Positions 30,653-41,600 of a DNA stretch of 64,000 nt are shown one piece after another. Source of the DNA: Nitrosopumilaceae archaeon (GTDB lineage: Archaea > Thermoproteota > Nitrososphaeria > Nitrososphaerales > Nitrosopumilaceae); contig OZ242274.1 of assembly GCA_965207375.1 (NCBI GenBank), forward strand, positions 736,001 to 800,000, in the 5' to 3' direction. The notes beneath the pieces were generated by a model. The model did not search any database, had not been told where the DNA came from, and saw only the letters and a program-made list of their open reading frames with translations. A program made the translations under genes and the position numbers. How positions within the stretch are numbered: the first letter of the stretch is position 1; each line of letters starts with the position of its first letter.

Positions 30653-31345
30653 ATGGTTGAGAAAATACATTATGATTCCGTTGATTTGAAAAGTCTACTT
30701 GGTAGACCACTTAATGATGTTGAAAAAAAACATGAACCAGATATGGTATACTATACAGGTTCAATACCAATACCATTACCATGCCCTAGAGTTTCAGTTA
30801 TAGGTACAAGGCAACCAACAAAACAAGGTATTATTGATGCAAAACAGCTCACATCGATTTTAGTAGAAAATAATGTTGTTATTGTGAGTGGTTTGGCAAA
30901 AGGCATTGACACTGTAGGTCACAAAACAGCAATAAAATACGGAGGAAAAACCATCGCCGTCATCGGAACTCCGCTAAACATTACATATCCTAAAGAAAAT
31001 GTACAATTGCAAAAAGAAATGATGGAACAACAATTAGTTGTGTCTCAATATCCTGTGGGATGGAATACTACAAAGAAAGATTTTGTACAACGAAACCGTA
31101 CAATGGCCTTAATCTCTGATGCCTCCGTCATTGTAGAAGCAGGTGATGGTAGTGGAACATTGTATCAAGGATGGGAAACAATACGATTGGGAAGACCATT
31201 GTTTGTTTGCAAATCCGTATTGTATAATTCAAAATACAAATGGCCAAAAGAAATGATAAAGTATGGTGCAATCGAACTAGATGATCCAGTTGATATTTTG
31301 GAGGTTCTACCCTCAAATATTAAAATGCCACAACTGTTTCAATAA
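30653..31345 (+). CDS. dprA: DprA/Smf-like (SLOG fold) protein
   Basis: VSVIGTR, IVSGLAKGID, FVQRNR, VEAG..SGTL motifs; short, core domain only. Confidence 0.9.
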   Translation: MVEKIHYDSVDLKSLLGRPLNDVEKKHEPDMVYYTGSIPIPLPCPRVSVIGTRQPTKQGIIDAKQLTSILVENNVVIVSGLAKGIDTVGHKTAIKYGGKTIAVIGTPLNITYPKENVQLQKEMMEQQLVVSQYPVGWNTTKKDFVQRNRTMALISDASVIVEAGDGSGTLYQGWETIRLGRPLFVCKSVLYNSKYKWPKEMIKYGAIELDDPVDILEVLPSNIKMPQLFQ

Positions 31346-31353
31346 TACCCATC

Positions 31354-31998
31354 ATGAGTGCTACAGAGGTTGAATTTGGCTCTCTATTGACATATACACC
31401 ACGTGGAACATCTGAAAAGGCACGTGAGGCAATAACTACTATGACATACTTGAAGGGAGATAAAGTGACAGATTCAAACATTTTGATGTCAGAATATCTA
31501 GCAAGAATGATCAAAAAAGATATACACAAATTCCCCTTTGCTGATTATTTTAACTCAAAAACAATTCTGATTCCTGCCCCGAAGGGCTCACTATGTAAAT
31601 CGGGAACTCTGTGGGTGCCAAAACAACTTACCACAGCTCTAGTAAAAAATGGATTGGGGAGATCATCAGAACCCTGTTTAGAGAGAATAAAACCAGTATC
31701 AAAATCATCTGGTCAACAGGATGGTTCAAAACGACCAACAGCATTACAACACTACAAATCAATGAATATACAAAAATTATTATTTGAACCAGAGGATATT
31801 ATTTTGCTTGATGATGTTATTACAAGAGGTGCCACGATTATGGGAGGAGTAAATAGATTAAGAGAAGCATTTCCAAATTCTAAGATCAGAGCATTTACCA
31901 TGAGAGTAATAAGCAATGTTAAAGATTTTGTAGATGTTAAAGAACCGTGTATTGGCAAAATTACCATGGATGGCAAGTATACAAGAAGAATTCCCTGA
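31354..31998 (+). CDS. ComF-like phosphoribosyltransferase
   Basis: LIPAP and PRPP-binding loop IILLDDVITRGAT; 8 bp after dprA. Confidence 0.85.
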   Translation: MSATEVEFGSLLTYTPRGTSEKAREAITTMTYLKGDKVTDSNILMSEYLARMIKKDIHKFPFADYFNSKTILIPAPKGSLCKSGTLWVPKQLTTALVKNGLGRSSEPCLERIKPVSKSSGQQDGSKRPTALQHYKSMNIQKLLFEPEDIILLDDVITRGATIMGGVNRLREAFPNSKIRAFTMRVISNVKDFVDVKEPCIGKITMDGKYTRRIP

Positions 31999-32141
31999 AT
32001 ATACAAAATAATACGATAAAATCATGTTTCAAGTGTAACATTACACCTAGATTTTGCTCTATTTTTTGTCGATTACGAAAATACGCCTGATATCATAATG
32101 TCAAAACAACATTAACAGATACGCAGGCGGCATAGATTAAA

Positions 32142-33500
32142 TTGTTCAAAATTACAAGCAACCATGTGAGCCTCAAATCCCTAATCCAGGACGGAAAAAA
32201 AATCATTACGATATACGGACTAGGAAACGTAGGGGGTCCAATTGCAGCTGCATGGCTCAGAGCAGGTGCCACAGTCATCGGCGTAGATATTTCAAAAGAC
32301 CTTTTGTCACAAATAAAAGACGGCACCTCGCACGCAAAGGAGCCATTTATTTCAGAAACCTTTACAAAATCACTAAAACAGCAAAAATTCACAGTTACAA
32401 ATGATGGTATTGCAGCATCTACAAAATCACACATAAAGTTTATTGCAGTGCCAGTAGACATGCAAAAAGACAAGATAAATCTAGATTTCCTGCTTGCAGC
32501 TACTGCATCTGTGTCGCACGGCCTAAAAAAAAATGACACAGTAATAGTCTGTCCGTCACTGCCTCCAGGTGTTACCTCAAATGCAGTAAGGACTATACTA
32601 GAAAAAAACAGCAAGCTAGAGGCAGAAAAGGACTTTATGCTGATATACAACCCTGAACGAATCTTTGAGGGACAGGCCTTACAGGATATAGAACAAAACT
32701 ATCCTGCCATTATATCCGGATACGGAAAAAAGAGTCTCCAGTTTGCAGATGAGCTACTAAAAATTATTTCTAAAAAGGGCACAGTCAAAATGTCCTGTAT
32801 CGAAAACGCAGAGGCAGAAAAGCTGTTCGAAGGCGTTTACCGCGACGTAAATATCGCACTTGCAAATGAGCTTGCAGATTACTGCGAGTCTGCAGGTGTC
32901 GATTTTTGGGATGCACGAAAGGGGGCAAACTCACAGCCTTCCTGCCACCTTCACTATCCTGGTACAGGAGTAGGCGGACTATGCATTCCGGTATATCCAA
33001 AATTCATCCTAGAATCCTCATCAAAAATCGGCAAGTCCATGAAAATAATACAACACTCTAGACAAACAAACGACCTTATGCCCAAAAAATGCGTCAAAGA
33101 CGCAATAGATCTTTTGATACAAAACAAAATCACACCCCAAAATTCAAAGATAGCAGTCTTAGGACTAGGCTTTCGCGGCGAGGTCACAGATTCGCGCCTT
33201 TCTCCTACATATGAGGTGGTCAGGCAATTTCTAAAGGCACGATGTATAGTAACGGTACATGATCCGTTCATACGATACGACTCGCAGCTTCCATCTACAG
33301 TACAGCTATACGATAATCTTAAAACCGTTACCGAGGCAGCAGATCTAATTTTTGTTTCATCGGATCATCTCATGTATTCAAAGCTTGCACAAGGAGATTT
33401 TGAAAATGCAAAAAAACCTCTCTTGATCTTTGATGGCAGAAACATACTTGATAAAAGTAAATTCAAAAAATCCTCAATTCTGACCATAGGTGTCAGATGA
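32142..33500 (+). CDS. Nucleotide-sugar dehydrogenase (UDP-ManNAc/GlcNAc 6-dehydrogenase family)
   Basis: GLGNVG, PER, RDVNIALANE, GVGGLCIP motifs; exact start uncertain. Confidence 0.9.
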   Translation: MFKITSNHVSLKSLIQDGKKIITIYGLGNVGGPIAAAWLRAGATVIGVDISKDLLSQIKDGTSHAKEPFISETFTKSLKQQKFTVTNDGIAASTKSHIKFIAVPVDMQKDKINLDFLLAATASVSHGLKKNDTVIVCPSLPPGVTSNAVRTILEKNSKLEAEKDFMLIYNPERIFEGQALQDIEQNYPAIISGYGKKSLQFADELLKIISKKGTVKMSCIENAEAEKLFEGVYRDVNIALANELADYCESAGVDFWDARKGANSQPSCHLHYPGTGVGGLCIPVYPKFILESSSKIGKSMKIIQHSRQTNDLMPKKCVKDAIDLLIQNKITPQNSKIAVLGLGFRGEVTDSRLSPTYEVVRQFLKARCIVTVHDPFIRYDSQLPSTVQLYDNLKTVTEAADLIFVSSDHLMYSKLAQGDFENAKKPLLIFDGRNILDKSKFKKSSILTIGVR

Positions 33501-33688
33501 TCTTTTTGTAAAATATCGTAACAGATGGAGTTTCTAAAATGTTACGCCTGAATCTGATGTAAAAATTACTAGTTTTGCATTTTTTATACGCGCAATTGCA
33601 AAAAGTCTGTATATTACAAAATATCTGACTTGATCAAATCGTATTTTGCAATAGATTTATCTAAAATTATGAATGTAAGAAATTACTT

Positions 33689-35038
33689 TTGACCAAACAT
33701 TCTTACAAATTAAATAAAGTTCCAGAGAGAAAACAGGGAGATAAAATAACCCATGTAATGGATCCTATTCACAATTTTATAGACATTTCAGAATATCCCG
33801 TAATTCAACAGCTAATAGACACACCATATTTTCAAAGACTGAAGCGATTGAGTCAATTAGGACTCACCTCATCAGTATACCCAAACGCAACTCATTCTAG
33901 ATTCGCACATAGCATAGGCGTAATGCATGTGTTTCTTGTCCTATTTGATTCGATAGTGCAAAGATCTACCCTTACAAAACACGCCATTGATCATCTCAGA
34001 CCTATAGGTGCTGTTGCTGCCCTATTGCATGACATTGGGCATGGTCCATTTTCACATATTTCAGAAAAATTCCTAGATAATGGAAGTTTTGATCACGAAT
34101 CTATGACCCAAAAAATCATACTAGATACAGAAATACACGACATCCTAAAGGAAAACAAAATCGAATCAAGAATCATATGTGATGTGCTAAAACATCAAGT
34201 ATCTGGAGATTTACGCTTTGTGTCACAGCTGATCAGCAGTCAACTAGATGCAGATAGAATTGACTATCTCATGCGTGATGCACTGTTCACAGGAGTACCA
34301 TATGGAAAAATAGATATCTATAGAATTGCAAACACAATGTTCTTGTGGGACAAAACCACCTCAACAAAATCGCTACAGGGTACGGTGGTGATCTCTCAAA
34401 AAGGAATAGAAGCAGTAGAAAACTATCTCATAGGAAGATATCACATGTACAAGGGTGTCTACTATCACAAGACTGTTCGTTGCATGGAAAGCATACTAGT
34501 TAAAACATTCAAGCGCGCATCGGAGCTCAAAAAAGAATGCACCCATATAATGGATCTCGGCAAGAAGGTCACTCCAAAGACTATGCTCCAACTTGACGAC
34601 TATGTGTTTTATTCTGCAATCCACAAGTGGTGCAACTCATCTGATAAAATTCTAAAAGATCTATCATCACGCATCATAAACCGGAATCTGTTTAAGGCGC
34701 ATCGACTCACAAAGGATAACGTAATAAAGTCAGGTCTAGGTAAAATAGCTGACATTAAAAAACATCTCAAGACAAAACACTTTGATCCAAAATATTATTT
34801 TATTGTCGACTCTGAAACAAAACATGGATACGAACCGTATGTGGCCACAGAGCAGGACAACGAAACCTCCTCAATCAGTCACATAATGGTGAAAACAAGA
34901 TCCGGAGAATTAAGTGAGATATCACAGGTTTCCCCACTAGTCAGGGCCATAAGTTATGATGATGAAAATTCTATCAGCATATTTGTTCCAAAAATCAGCT
35001 TACCAACAGTTCAAGAATTGCTCAAGAATACTAATTAA
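33689..35038 (+). CDS. HD-domain phosphohydrolase (SAMHD1/YwfO-like putative dNTPase)
   Basis: FQRLK.L.QLG, HSRFAHS.G, LLHDIGHGPFSH, DADRIDYLMRD, VYYHK motifs. Confidence 0.9.
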   Translation: MTKHSYKLNKVPERKQGDKITHVMDPIHNFIDISEYPVIQQLIDTPYFQRLKRLSQLGLTSSVYPNATHSRFAHSIGVMHVFLVLFDSIVQRSTLTKHAIDHLRPIGAVAALLHDIGHGPFSHISEKFLDNGSFDHESMTQKIILDTEIHDILKENKIESRIICDVLKHQVSGDLRFVSQLISSQLDADRIDYLMRDALFTGVPYGKIDIYRIANTMFLWDKTTSTKSLQGTVVISQKGIEAVENYLIGRYHMYKGVYYHKTVRCMESILVKTFKRASELKKECTHIMDLGKKVTPKTMLQLDDYVFYSAIHKWCNSSDKILKDLSSRIINRNLFKAHRLTKDNVIKSGLGKIADIKKHLKTKHFDPKYYFIVDSETKHGYEPYVATEQDNETSSISHIMVKTRSGELSEISQVSPLVRAISYDDENSISIFVPKISLPTVQELLKNTN

Positions 35039-35040
35039 TA

Positions 35041-35577
35041 ATGGCGACTAGGGATAATTTTGTGGAACTTGTTGACAGAGTCGGGCTTTTATGTGTTATA
35101 ATAGACGGCGGCAATGATCACAAGATAGTCGGAAGAACAATGTTGCAAAAGATAACCTATTTTTGCAGGTACTTGGGATGGGATGTTGGCCATTATCGTC
35201 TTCATTACTATGGTCCTTTCTCCTTTGAGCTTACAGATACCATAAAGACTGCACAACATGCAGGATTGATAACAGAGGGTGATGATACACCGCATACCTT
35301 TGAGCTCACCAAAACGGGACGCGATACCATGAAGCAATTTACAAAAAACATCTGCGATTCTGACAAGTTAAAAAACACATGCAATTTGATAGCAAAGCTG
35401 TCAACTTGGGAAAAGACAGAAATTGAGCTTGCCGCAACAATAGATTTTGTGTCTGGAAACACGCCTGACTTGAAAAAAGATGACCTGCTTGACAAGGTGG
35501 GCAAAATAAAAGAGAATTTTTCTGCCCGTGATATCCAAAATGCATATCGCATGTGGAAAAAACTCAATATTTCATAA
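35041..35577 (+). CDS. YwgA-like winged-helix protein
   Basis: GRT.LQK..YF, Y.LHYYGPFS.EL, LT..G, IELAATI motifs; 2 bp after the HD gene. Confidence 0.75.
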   Translation: MATRDNFVELVDRVGLLCVIIDGGNDHKIVGRTMLQKITYFCRYLGWDVGHYRLHYYGPFSFELTDTIKTAQHAGLITEGDDTPHTFELTKTGRDTMKQFTKNICDSDKLKNTCNLIAKLSTWEKTEIELAATIDFVSGNTPDLKKDDLLDKVGKIKENFSARDIQNAYRMWKKLNIS

Positions 35578-35631
35578 TTTAATACAACCAAATGAATCTA
35601 AGGGATGGGACAAGACACTGAGGAATTAAAG

Positions 35632-35919
35632 CTAATGTCTATTCACATATAATCGGGCTCTAGATACCTTGAAACTGTTAGGTTTCTTAAAATCACGTAA
35701 CTGCTTTTTGAATTTGTTGATTTGACCATCCTCCACTATTGCCGTTGCTGATACGCAGTAAACCGTGTCTAGAACTGTTCTTGTTGTATATGCCTTTGTA
35801 ACATTTTTGAAATTTTCCAAAAGGGAATCTCTTAGAGCTGCACAGTTTTCGTGTTCTTTTTTGGAACAACGCAACAAAATGTCTGCAATATGTATTTTAG
35901 ATTTAGCTGTTTTTGTCAT
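35632..35919 (-). CDS. Hypothetical small alpha/beta protein (possibly AsnC/RAM-like)
   Basis: 95-aa ATG ORF with an alternating beta-alpha pattern; family call is weak. Confidence 0.45.
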   Translation of the reverse strand: MTKTAKSKIHIADILLRCSKKEHENCAALRDSLLENFKNVTKAYTTRTVLDTVYCVSATAIVEDGQINKFKKQLRDFKKPNSFKVSRARLYVNRH

Positions 35920-35970
35920 AATCTCTTACCAACAATTAATGTAAAAGAACTCACTCCAAGATTACCTCTA

Positions 35971-36315
35971 TTAGATCCGACCTTGTTTATCAACTAGTTT
36001 GCAGGAATAATCCATCAACAAAATTTTTTCCCTGTCGATGATTTTTTTAAAATTAACACCTACGGATTTTAAATCTATCACATCTACAGTATATGGAAGA
36101 TCAGAGTCATCAAATGCAATACTAAGATCGGTCAGGATTCCACGATCTAGGGGCTGTGTTCCCTCGCAGGCAAGATCCAAGTCCGATGCGTGGGTCGTAG
36201 TACGTTTGGCCCTGCTCCCAAATACCCAGACCCTAACATCGGGTGGCAGATATTTAGACAGAATTTCACATACAATATCCAAATTAGCACTACTTGTGTC
36301 AACAGTGCTAGTCAA
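35971..36315 (-). CDS. Minimal nucleotidyltransferase (MNT, HI0073-like)
   Basis: VFGSRA...SDLDL and LPY.VDVID motifs. Confidence 0.9.
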   Translation of the reverse strand: MTSTVDTSSANLDIVCEILSKYLPPDVRVWVFGSRAKRTTTHASDLDLACEGTQPLDRGILTDLSIAFDDSDLPYTVDVIDLKSVGVNFKKIIDREKILLMDYSCKLVDKQGRI

Positions 36316-36739
36316 GTGACCTGTTCAGCTCCTGTAAACTTGACAATACATGTTCTGCCTCTACTAGGAATTCTGGTGCTATCCCAAACACATCTTGTGC
36401 CTTGTCTTCATCATATGTGTGACTTGTAATACAGCGTTTTTGACGATATTTTTTCCATACAACAAGATCAGATCCTATTATAGTTTTTTTGTATGCTTTA
36501 CGAATTATATTGTTAAAAGACATGATATTGACATTCAGGGTGCCCTGAGAGGAGGCATTTAGATAACGTACAATCATTTTGAATGTGGATTCATATGTGA
36601 ACTCAAAAGCCTGAATGACTGCACTGCGCATCTGCTTTTTGTAAATGGGATTGTTATGGATCACGTCATCATTATACGAATTCAGTGCCTGTCTGAGCTG
36701 GGCAATTGCACTTTCTAACGATGTAAGATCAAGTGTCAT
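36308..36739 (-). CDS. HEPN-fold HI0074-family protein
   Basis: VIQAFEFTYE and RCITSHTYDE (Rx4H) motifs; overlaps the MNT start. Confidence 0.9.
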   Translation of the reverse strand: MTLDLTSLESAIAQLRQALNSYNDDVIHNNPIYKKQMRSAVIQAFEFTYESTFKMIVRYLNASSQGTLNVNIMSFNNIIRKAYKKTIIGSDLVVWKKYRQKRCITSHTYDEDKAQDVFGIAPEFLVEAEHVLSSLQELNRSLD

Positions 36740-37121
36740 ATTTCAAACTCCGTCATGTCATATTTTTTATCGTATTTACAGTCGGTCTTGGATTTAAGAG
36801 AAAATATACTATATCTGTGCATACGGTGGATCATCTCATATGATTCTGTATGTTGCTTTTTCACATCGTAATTAACTCCATGAATTAGGAACATTTTTTG
36901 CATGATTTTCTATATGCAATCAGACATTTATTTTTCACTCTTTACAGTACCGCAGACCTGCATGGTACAAAACATTCTTTGATGACTGGATTCTTTTTGT
37001 GACAGTTAACAAAGGCAAGATCTGTATATCTTCTAGACTGTAGACGAATTCACACATCCAAATTACAGGTAAACATGGATCATTTTGATGCTGTAGGTTC
37101 TGGCAAAGGTTATTGTACCAT

Positions 37122-37169
37122 GATCGACTTTCTAAAGTTACTCTAGTTTTTAGATGATCCATGAAACTG
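37122..37169 (-). repeat. 48-bp IS-end-like repeat, inverted copy of 47797-47844
   Basis: Reverse complement CAGTTTCATGGATCATCTAAAAACTAGAGTAACTTTAGAAAGTCGATC matches 47797-47844 at 44/48. Confidence 0.75.
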
Positions 37170-37389
37170 CATGCAAAACCTCTTGTGCAGTTTACAACAA
37201 TTGATGCATACTTGCGAATCATGACAAGACTGTAAATGTATCATAATCAATGGGTCGTAATTAATGCAGAATGTGAATTTGGATTGGATGACTCGTGTGG
37301 AATTTTATTTGTCACACTTTAGTTTAAAATTGCAATTATATCCGAATCTCAGATCAATCCAAAGCCTCGGCCGGATATTGCAGCAGATT

Positions 37390-37504
37390 CTGCATTGCTG
37401 GTGGGTTAACTGGTATTGGTATGTTGTGTAAGTTGTGTCGGATTTTATCCATGTACATAATCTACTGGTTTTGTGATGTTCAAGAACTTTTACGTGCCAC
37501 TATA
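37390..37504 (+). mobile_element. Degenerate IS630-family right end
   Basis: TTGTGTAAGTTGTGT..GATTTTAT...TCTACTG.TTTTGTG...AAGAACTTTT.CG..C.CTATA resembles 49470-49586; left boundary approximate. Confidence 0.6.
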
Positions 37505-37690
37505 CCACGAGTGCAGGCTGCACTTTTTACCCGACATTGAGCACTGTGAGGTTCCCACTCTAGGCGTTTAGAAACAAAAAAGTACCCGATGTGATCAGAA
37601 AAAGTGATCCAAAATGGATGGAGAAATGTATTGATGACTAGTGAATTTGGTTTCGATATAAAGTACTTTTATTAGTAGATATTTGTAAAT

Positions 37691-37927
37691 ATGATCATGT
37701 CAGTACAGGAAAAACCGAAATACTTCCCTCCATTGATAATCACTAATTCTAAAAAATTGATTGAATTGACCCATAAAAGCCAAACATCTTACATTGATAT
37801 TTTTATAGCAAAACAATTTCAAACATCAGAACTAAAGTTGGATCTGAACAAAACACAACAAAAAATAATGAATCGAGTATGGAGTAACGAGGCAGATAAT
37901 GTCTGGGATACATATCAGTCCACGTAA
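37691..37927 (+). CDS. Putative antitoxin upstream of the MazF-like gene
   Basis: Small ORF with acidic/Trp C-terminus VWSNEADNVWD, overlapping the toxin start. Confidence 0.5.
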   Translation: MIMSVQEKPKYFPPLIITNSKKLIELTHKSQTSYIDIFIAKQFQTSELKLDLNKTQQKIMNRVWSNEADNVWDTYQST

Positions 37928-38189
37928 TGTTGTTTTCATTCCCTTTACATTTACAAATGGTGACACAAAAAATAGACCCGCGTTAATAATATCTAGTGTG
38001 TTTACAATCTCAAATTCAAATATTTGTACCATAGTACCAATCACCACCTCTAGCGCTCAAACAAATCCTTACAAATTACCAATACATCAAAGAGATTTCG
38101 AGAGTCATCGTGTATGTCTGTGCATTAGTAAATTGCATTGTGTCTCATCAGGACATGGAATAAGTCATACCCATCAAAGAACTGACTAA
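37899..38189 (+). pseudogene. PemK/MazF-like endoribonuclease, probably degenerate at the C-terminus
   Basis: VVFIPFTFTNG..KNRPALIIS and IVPITT motifs; the C-terminal part loses family character and stops early. Confidence 0.65.
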
Positions 38190-38603
38190 TTCTGGGTACA
38201 AATTCTGAGTACAGGTGTATAATTTTACAGCTAAACGAAAGTTGGCCCAAATTCTTATCCCAACTCTGTTGCTCTGTTTACATTTCGTGGTAGATTTTGG
38301 TGGAATACTCTAGTTTTATGAATCATCTGTACCGAAAGTCTTCAAATTTGTTCTCTAGGTACTACAAAATAATGAATAATTGTTTCATGTAAATTATATA
38401 CTAAAATTGAGAAATAAACTAAATGGTAACACTTTGACTTTTTGAAATTGCATGCGTAAAAAATATCGAATCTATCATTTTTACATTTGATTCATGCATG
38501 GCACTTTGTAAAATTGATCAGTTACACTGTGATATCTTGATGGGATAATGAATAATTGATCCATTTAGATTATATACTTACTTTATAACCATAAACTAAT
38601 AAC

Positions 38604-41600
38604 ATGTACAACGAAATATATAAAAAATTAACTAGTCTAACACTAATGGCAATCATGGTTGCTGGTGGTATGACCTTTGCAGTACCAGGAATGGTACCAG
38701 AGGCATATGCTGCCAATGCAAACCTGTTTGTCTCCGCAGAAAACTCACTATTTGACAATTACATGTCCGGACCTCAAGTAATTGAGGTTGCAATTATCGA
38801 CTCTTCTATTTCTGACACTGATGAAGGCAAAGGAGAACCTGACGTTACTGTTAATGGCAACAACCTGAGAATGGTGCAAGCCACTGACGGTAACTGGTAT
38901 GGTTACTTTGCTGATTATGAGATGGCAACAGAAGCCGCAAAACCAGGTAATGGATTGTACTTTGGTACATCCGGTTCTGCTAGTGATATTGGTCTTACTG
39001 AATTTGAAGCTGATGGATTATTTTACAACAACAAGACTAACGATAATGTTAAACTTAACGTTGTAAGAGAATCAAAGAACGTAAACGACTTTAAGGGTGG
39101 TCAAATCGGCATTGCCGAAAATAATTGGCCATTTATTCAACTATACACTCTAAATCCAACAGGCAATGTTGTGATACAGTACAATAAGGGAGGCGGTGCA
39201 CAAACCACCACATTAACCTTTGACACTGTTGATGACTTTGCAGGTATAGAATTGGACAGAACTTCTTATCCACAAGGAGCACAAGTTCATGCAACTGTTA
39301 CTGATGTATGGTTAAACATTGACCCAACAGATGAGGATTCTTGGACGTTTGCCACAAATGATGGTACTGCTTTCTATCATATCTTCAATGACAATGGTGG
39401 AAACGGTACCAACAATGCTGACGTACCTGTAGATCCTACTGAACTGATGTGTTCTGACTGTGCCTTGCTACTAAATCCTAATGTTCAAGGTGCTGATAAA
39501 CACGTCATTACAATTCAGGGCAATGCAGATTCTATGGTTGCTAATGATGGTCCTACCGTTGCCACAGCAGATGCTTGGAGAGGTAGTGCCGTAATTGAAA
39601 ACTTAGATGAAGGTACTCAGCCAGTTACTATTACAGAACAAGGACCAAACAGTGGAATCTTTGGTACTTATGACGAAGCCGACAAATCTGTACTCAAAAT
39701 TATCGATGATGCAGCTAGAGGCACGTCAGCTACTTTAGATTACAATGATAGCCCAGTATCTGTCCTAGTAACTCACGCATTTGCTGAAATCGACATTCAA
39801 CCAACATCTGATACCTGGAACAGCGGTGAACTAATACCAGTTGTTCTTGTCGATGCTGATATTAACAAAAATACCAGAGCAGACGAGAACATTTCATTAA
39901 GTGATCCTAGCTACCAAATAATTCCAAGTCTTAGGACTGGAAACCCAATTACATTGGGTAGTGGCGATATTATGGTATCATATGATGGCAGTGCCATGCA
40001 AGGTACTGATGTAGATGCCTTTAGCGACAGAGCAATTCTTGACGATGCTATGGGTGGTGACACAGTAAGTTCCGTACTAATTGACCTTGGTATTACTGGA
40101 GGAGACTTGAAAGGGTCTTTGATTAACAGCAATGCCGACAATACATATGGATACAACCTGTTCAACTATAACATCGACTCATTGACTGACGAAAACGTAA
40201 ACATATCCCTAGTTCATGGTGACGATCTTGCAGCTCCTGATGGCACAATCAAAATTGTTTGTGACGCATCAAACAGCGGCCTAGAGTTGTTACCTCATGA
40301 AAATTGTAAACAAGACATAAGACCAAGTGAACCAACTGCTCTTTCTGCAAGTCCAAGATCAGCTACTAGCGTAGCACTATCATGGACTGCATCAGAAAAC
40401 GCAGGAAGTTCATCAATCACAGATTACAAGGTAGAATATAGAATCGCAAATACCAACAACTGGATGACATTTGATGATGGCGTATCAACTAGTACCATGG
40501 CAACCGTGACTGGACTTACTGACGGCACAGAATATGCCTTTAGAGTAAGTGCAGTAAACAGCGTAGGTACAGGATATTCATCCGATGAGGACAAGGCAAC
40601 TGCAACTAACGTACAAAACAAACCAGATGCACCATCAGACTTGATGGTAACATCACAAGGTGATACTCAAATCATGCTATCATGGGCTGCACCATCAGAC
40701 GGTGGTTCACCTATTACTAGCTACACGATTCAACAAAGTAACGATTTAGGTTCTACCTTTAAGAACGCTAATACTACGTCTCCAGTAACTGGAATTACCG
40801 CAACTGTAACTGGACTTGATCCAGAAACAACATACATCTTCCAAGTAAGTGCAGTAAACAGCATAGGACCATCAGATTATTCTGATAGAGTCAGTGCAAA
40901 AACTACGCCTGCAAGTAACGGCGGTCAACAACCAAATCCTAACACACCAAACGTAGCTCCAGTAATCACAGCAATTACACCTAAAGCAGCAACAGTAGGT
41001 CAAGCATTGACATTCACTGTTGTAGCAACTGACGCTAATCCAGCAGACACTACTTTCACATACTCATTCAGTCAACCACAAGGACAGACATTAACATCTA
41101 CTCCTGATTGGACACCTACTACTGGTGTCTTTACATGGACTCCTGATGCAGCCGATATAGGTGACAAAATCTTTACCTTTATTGCAATGGACGATGGCGC
41201 TGCAAGATCAGCACCAGTATCTGTTACAATAACAGTAAGTGCAGCAAGCAACGGTGGTTCTAACAACGATCCAGTAGTAACACCAGGACAAGCTCCATCA
41301 GGTATAGCAGGTACAGCACTAGAACATCAAATCCTTGCAACTGATGATGATGCAGGTGACAGTCTTACTTACACTCTAATCAATGGTCCAGGAACACTAA
41401 CAATAAGTAGAACTGGTCTAATCGAGTGGGATGCACCAAGTGCAGGCTCACACGAAGTATCGTTTAGAGTAAGTGACGGCACATCTACTGTAAGAGGAAC
41501 TATCACAATAACGATAACTGCACCTACACCAACTTCAATAGTAATTCCATTACTATACAACTCTGGCAGTGCTTACGAATCACAACACTTTGGAGCAGCA

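Noticed and set aside
36935-37222. ORFs 36935..37222 and 47702..47905 sharing the peptide SFMDHLKTR
   Set aside because: The shared peptide is a by-product of the 48-bp DNA repeat, not a protein family.
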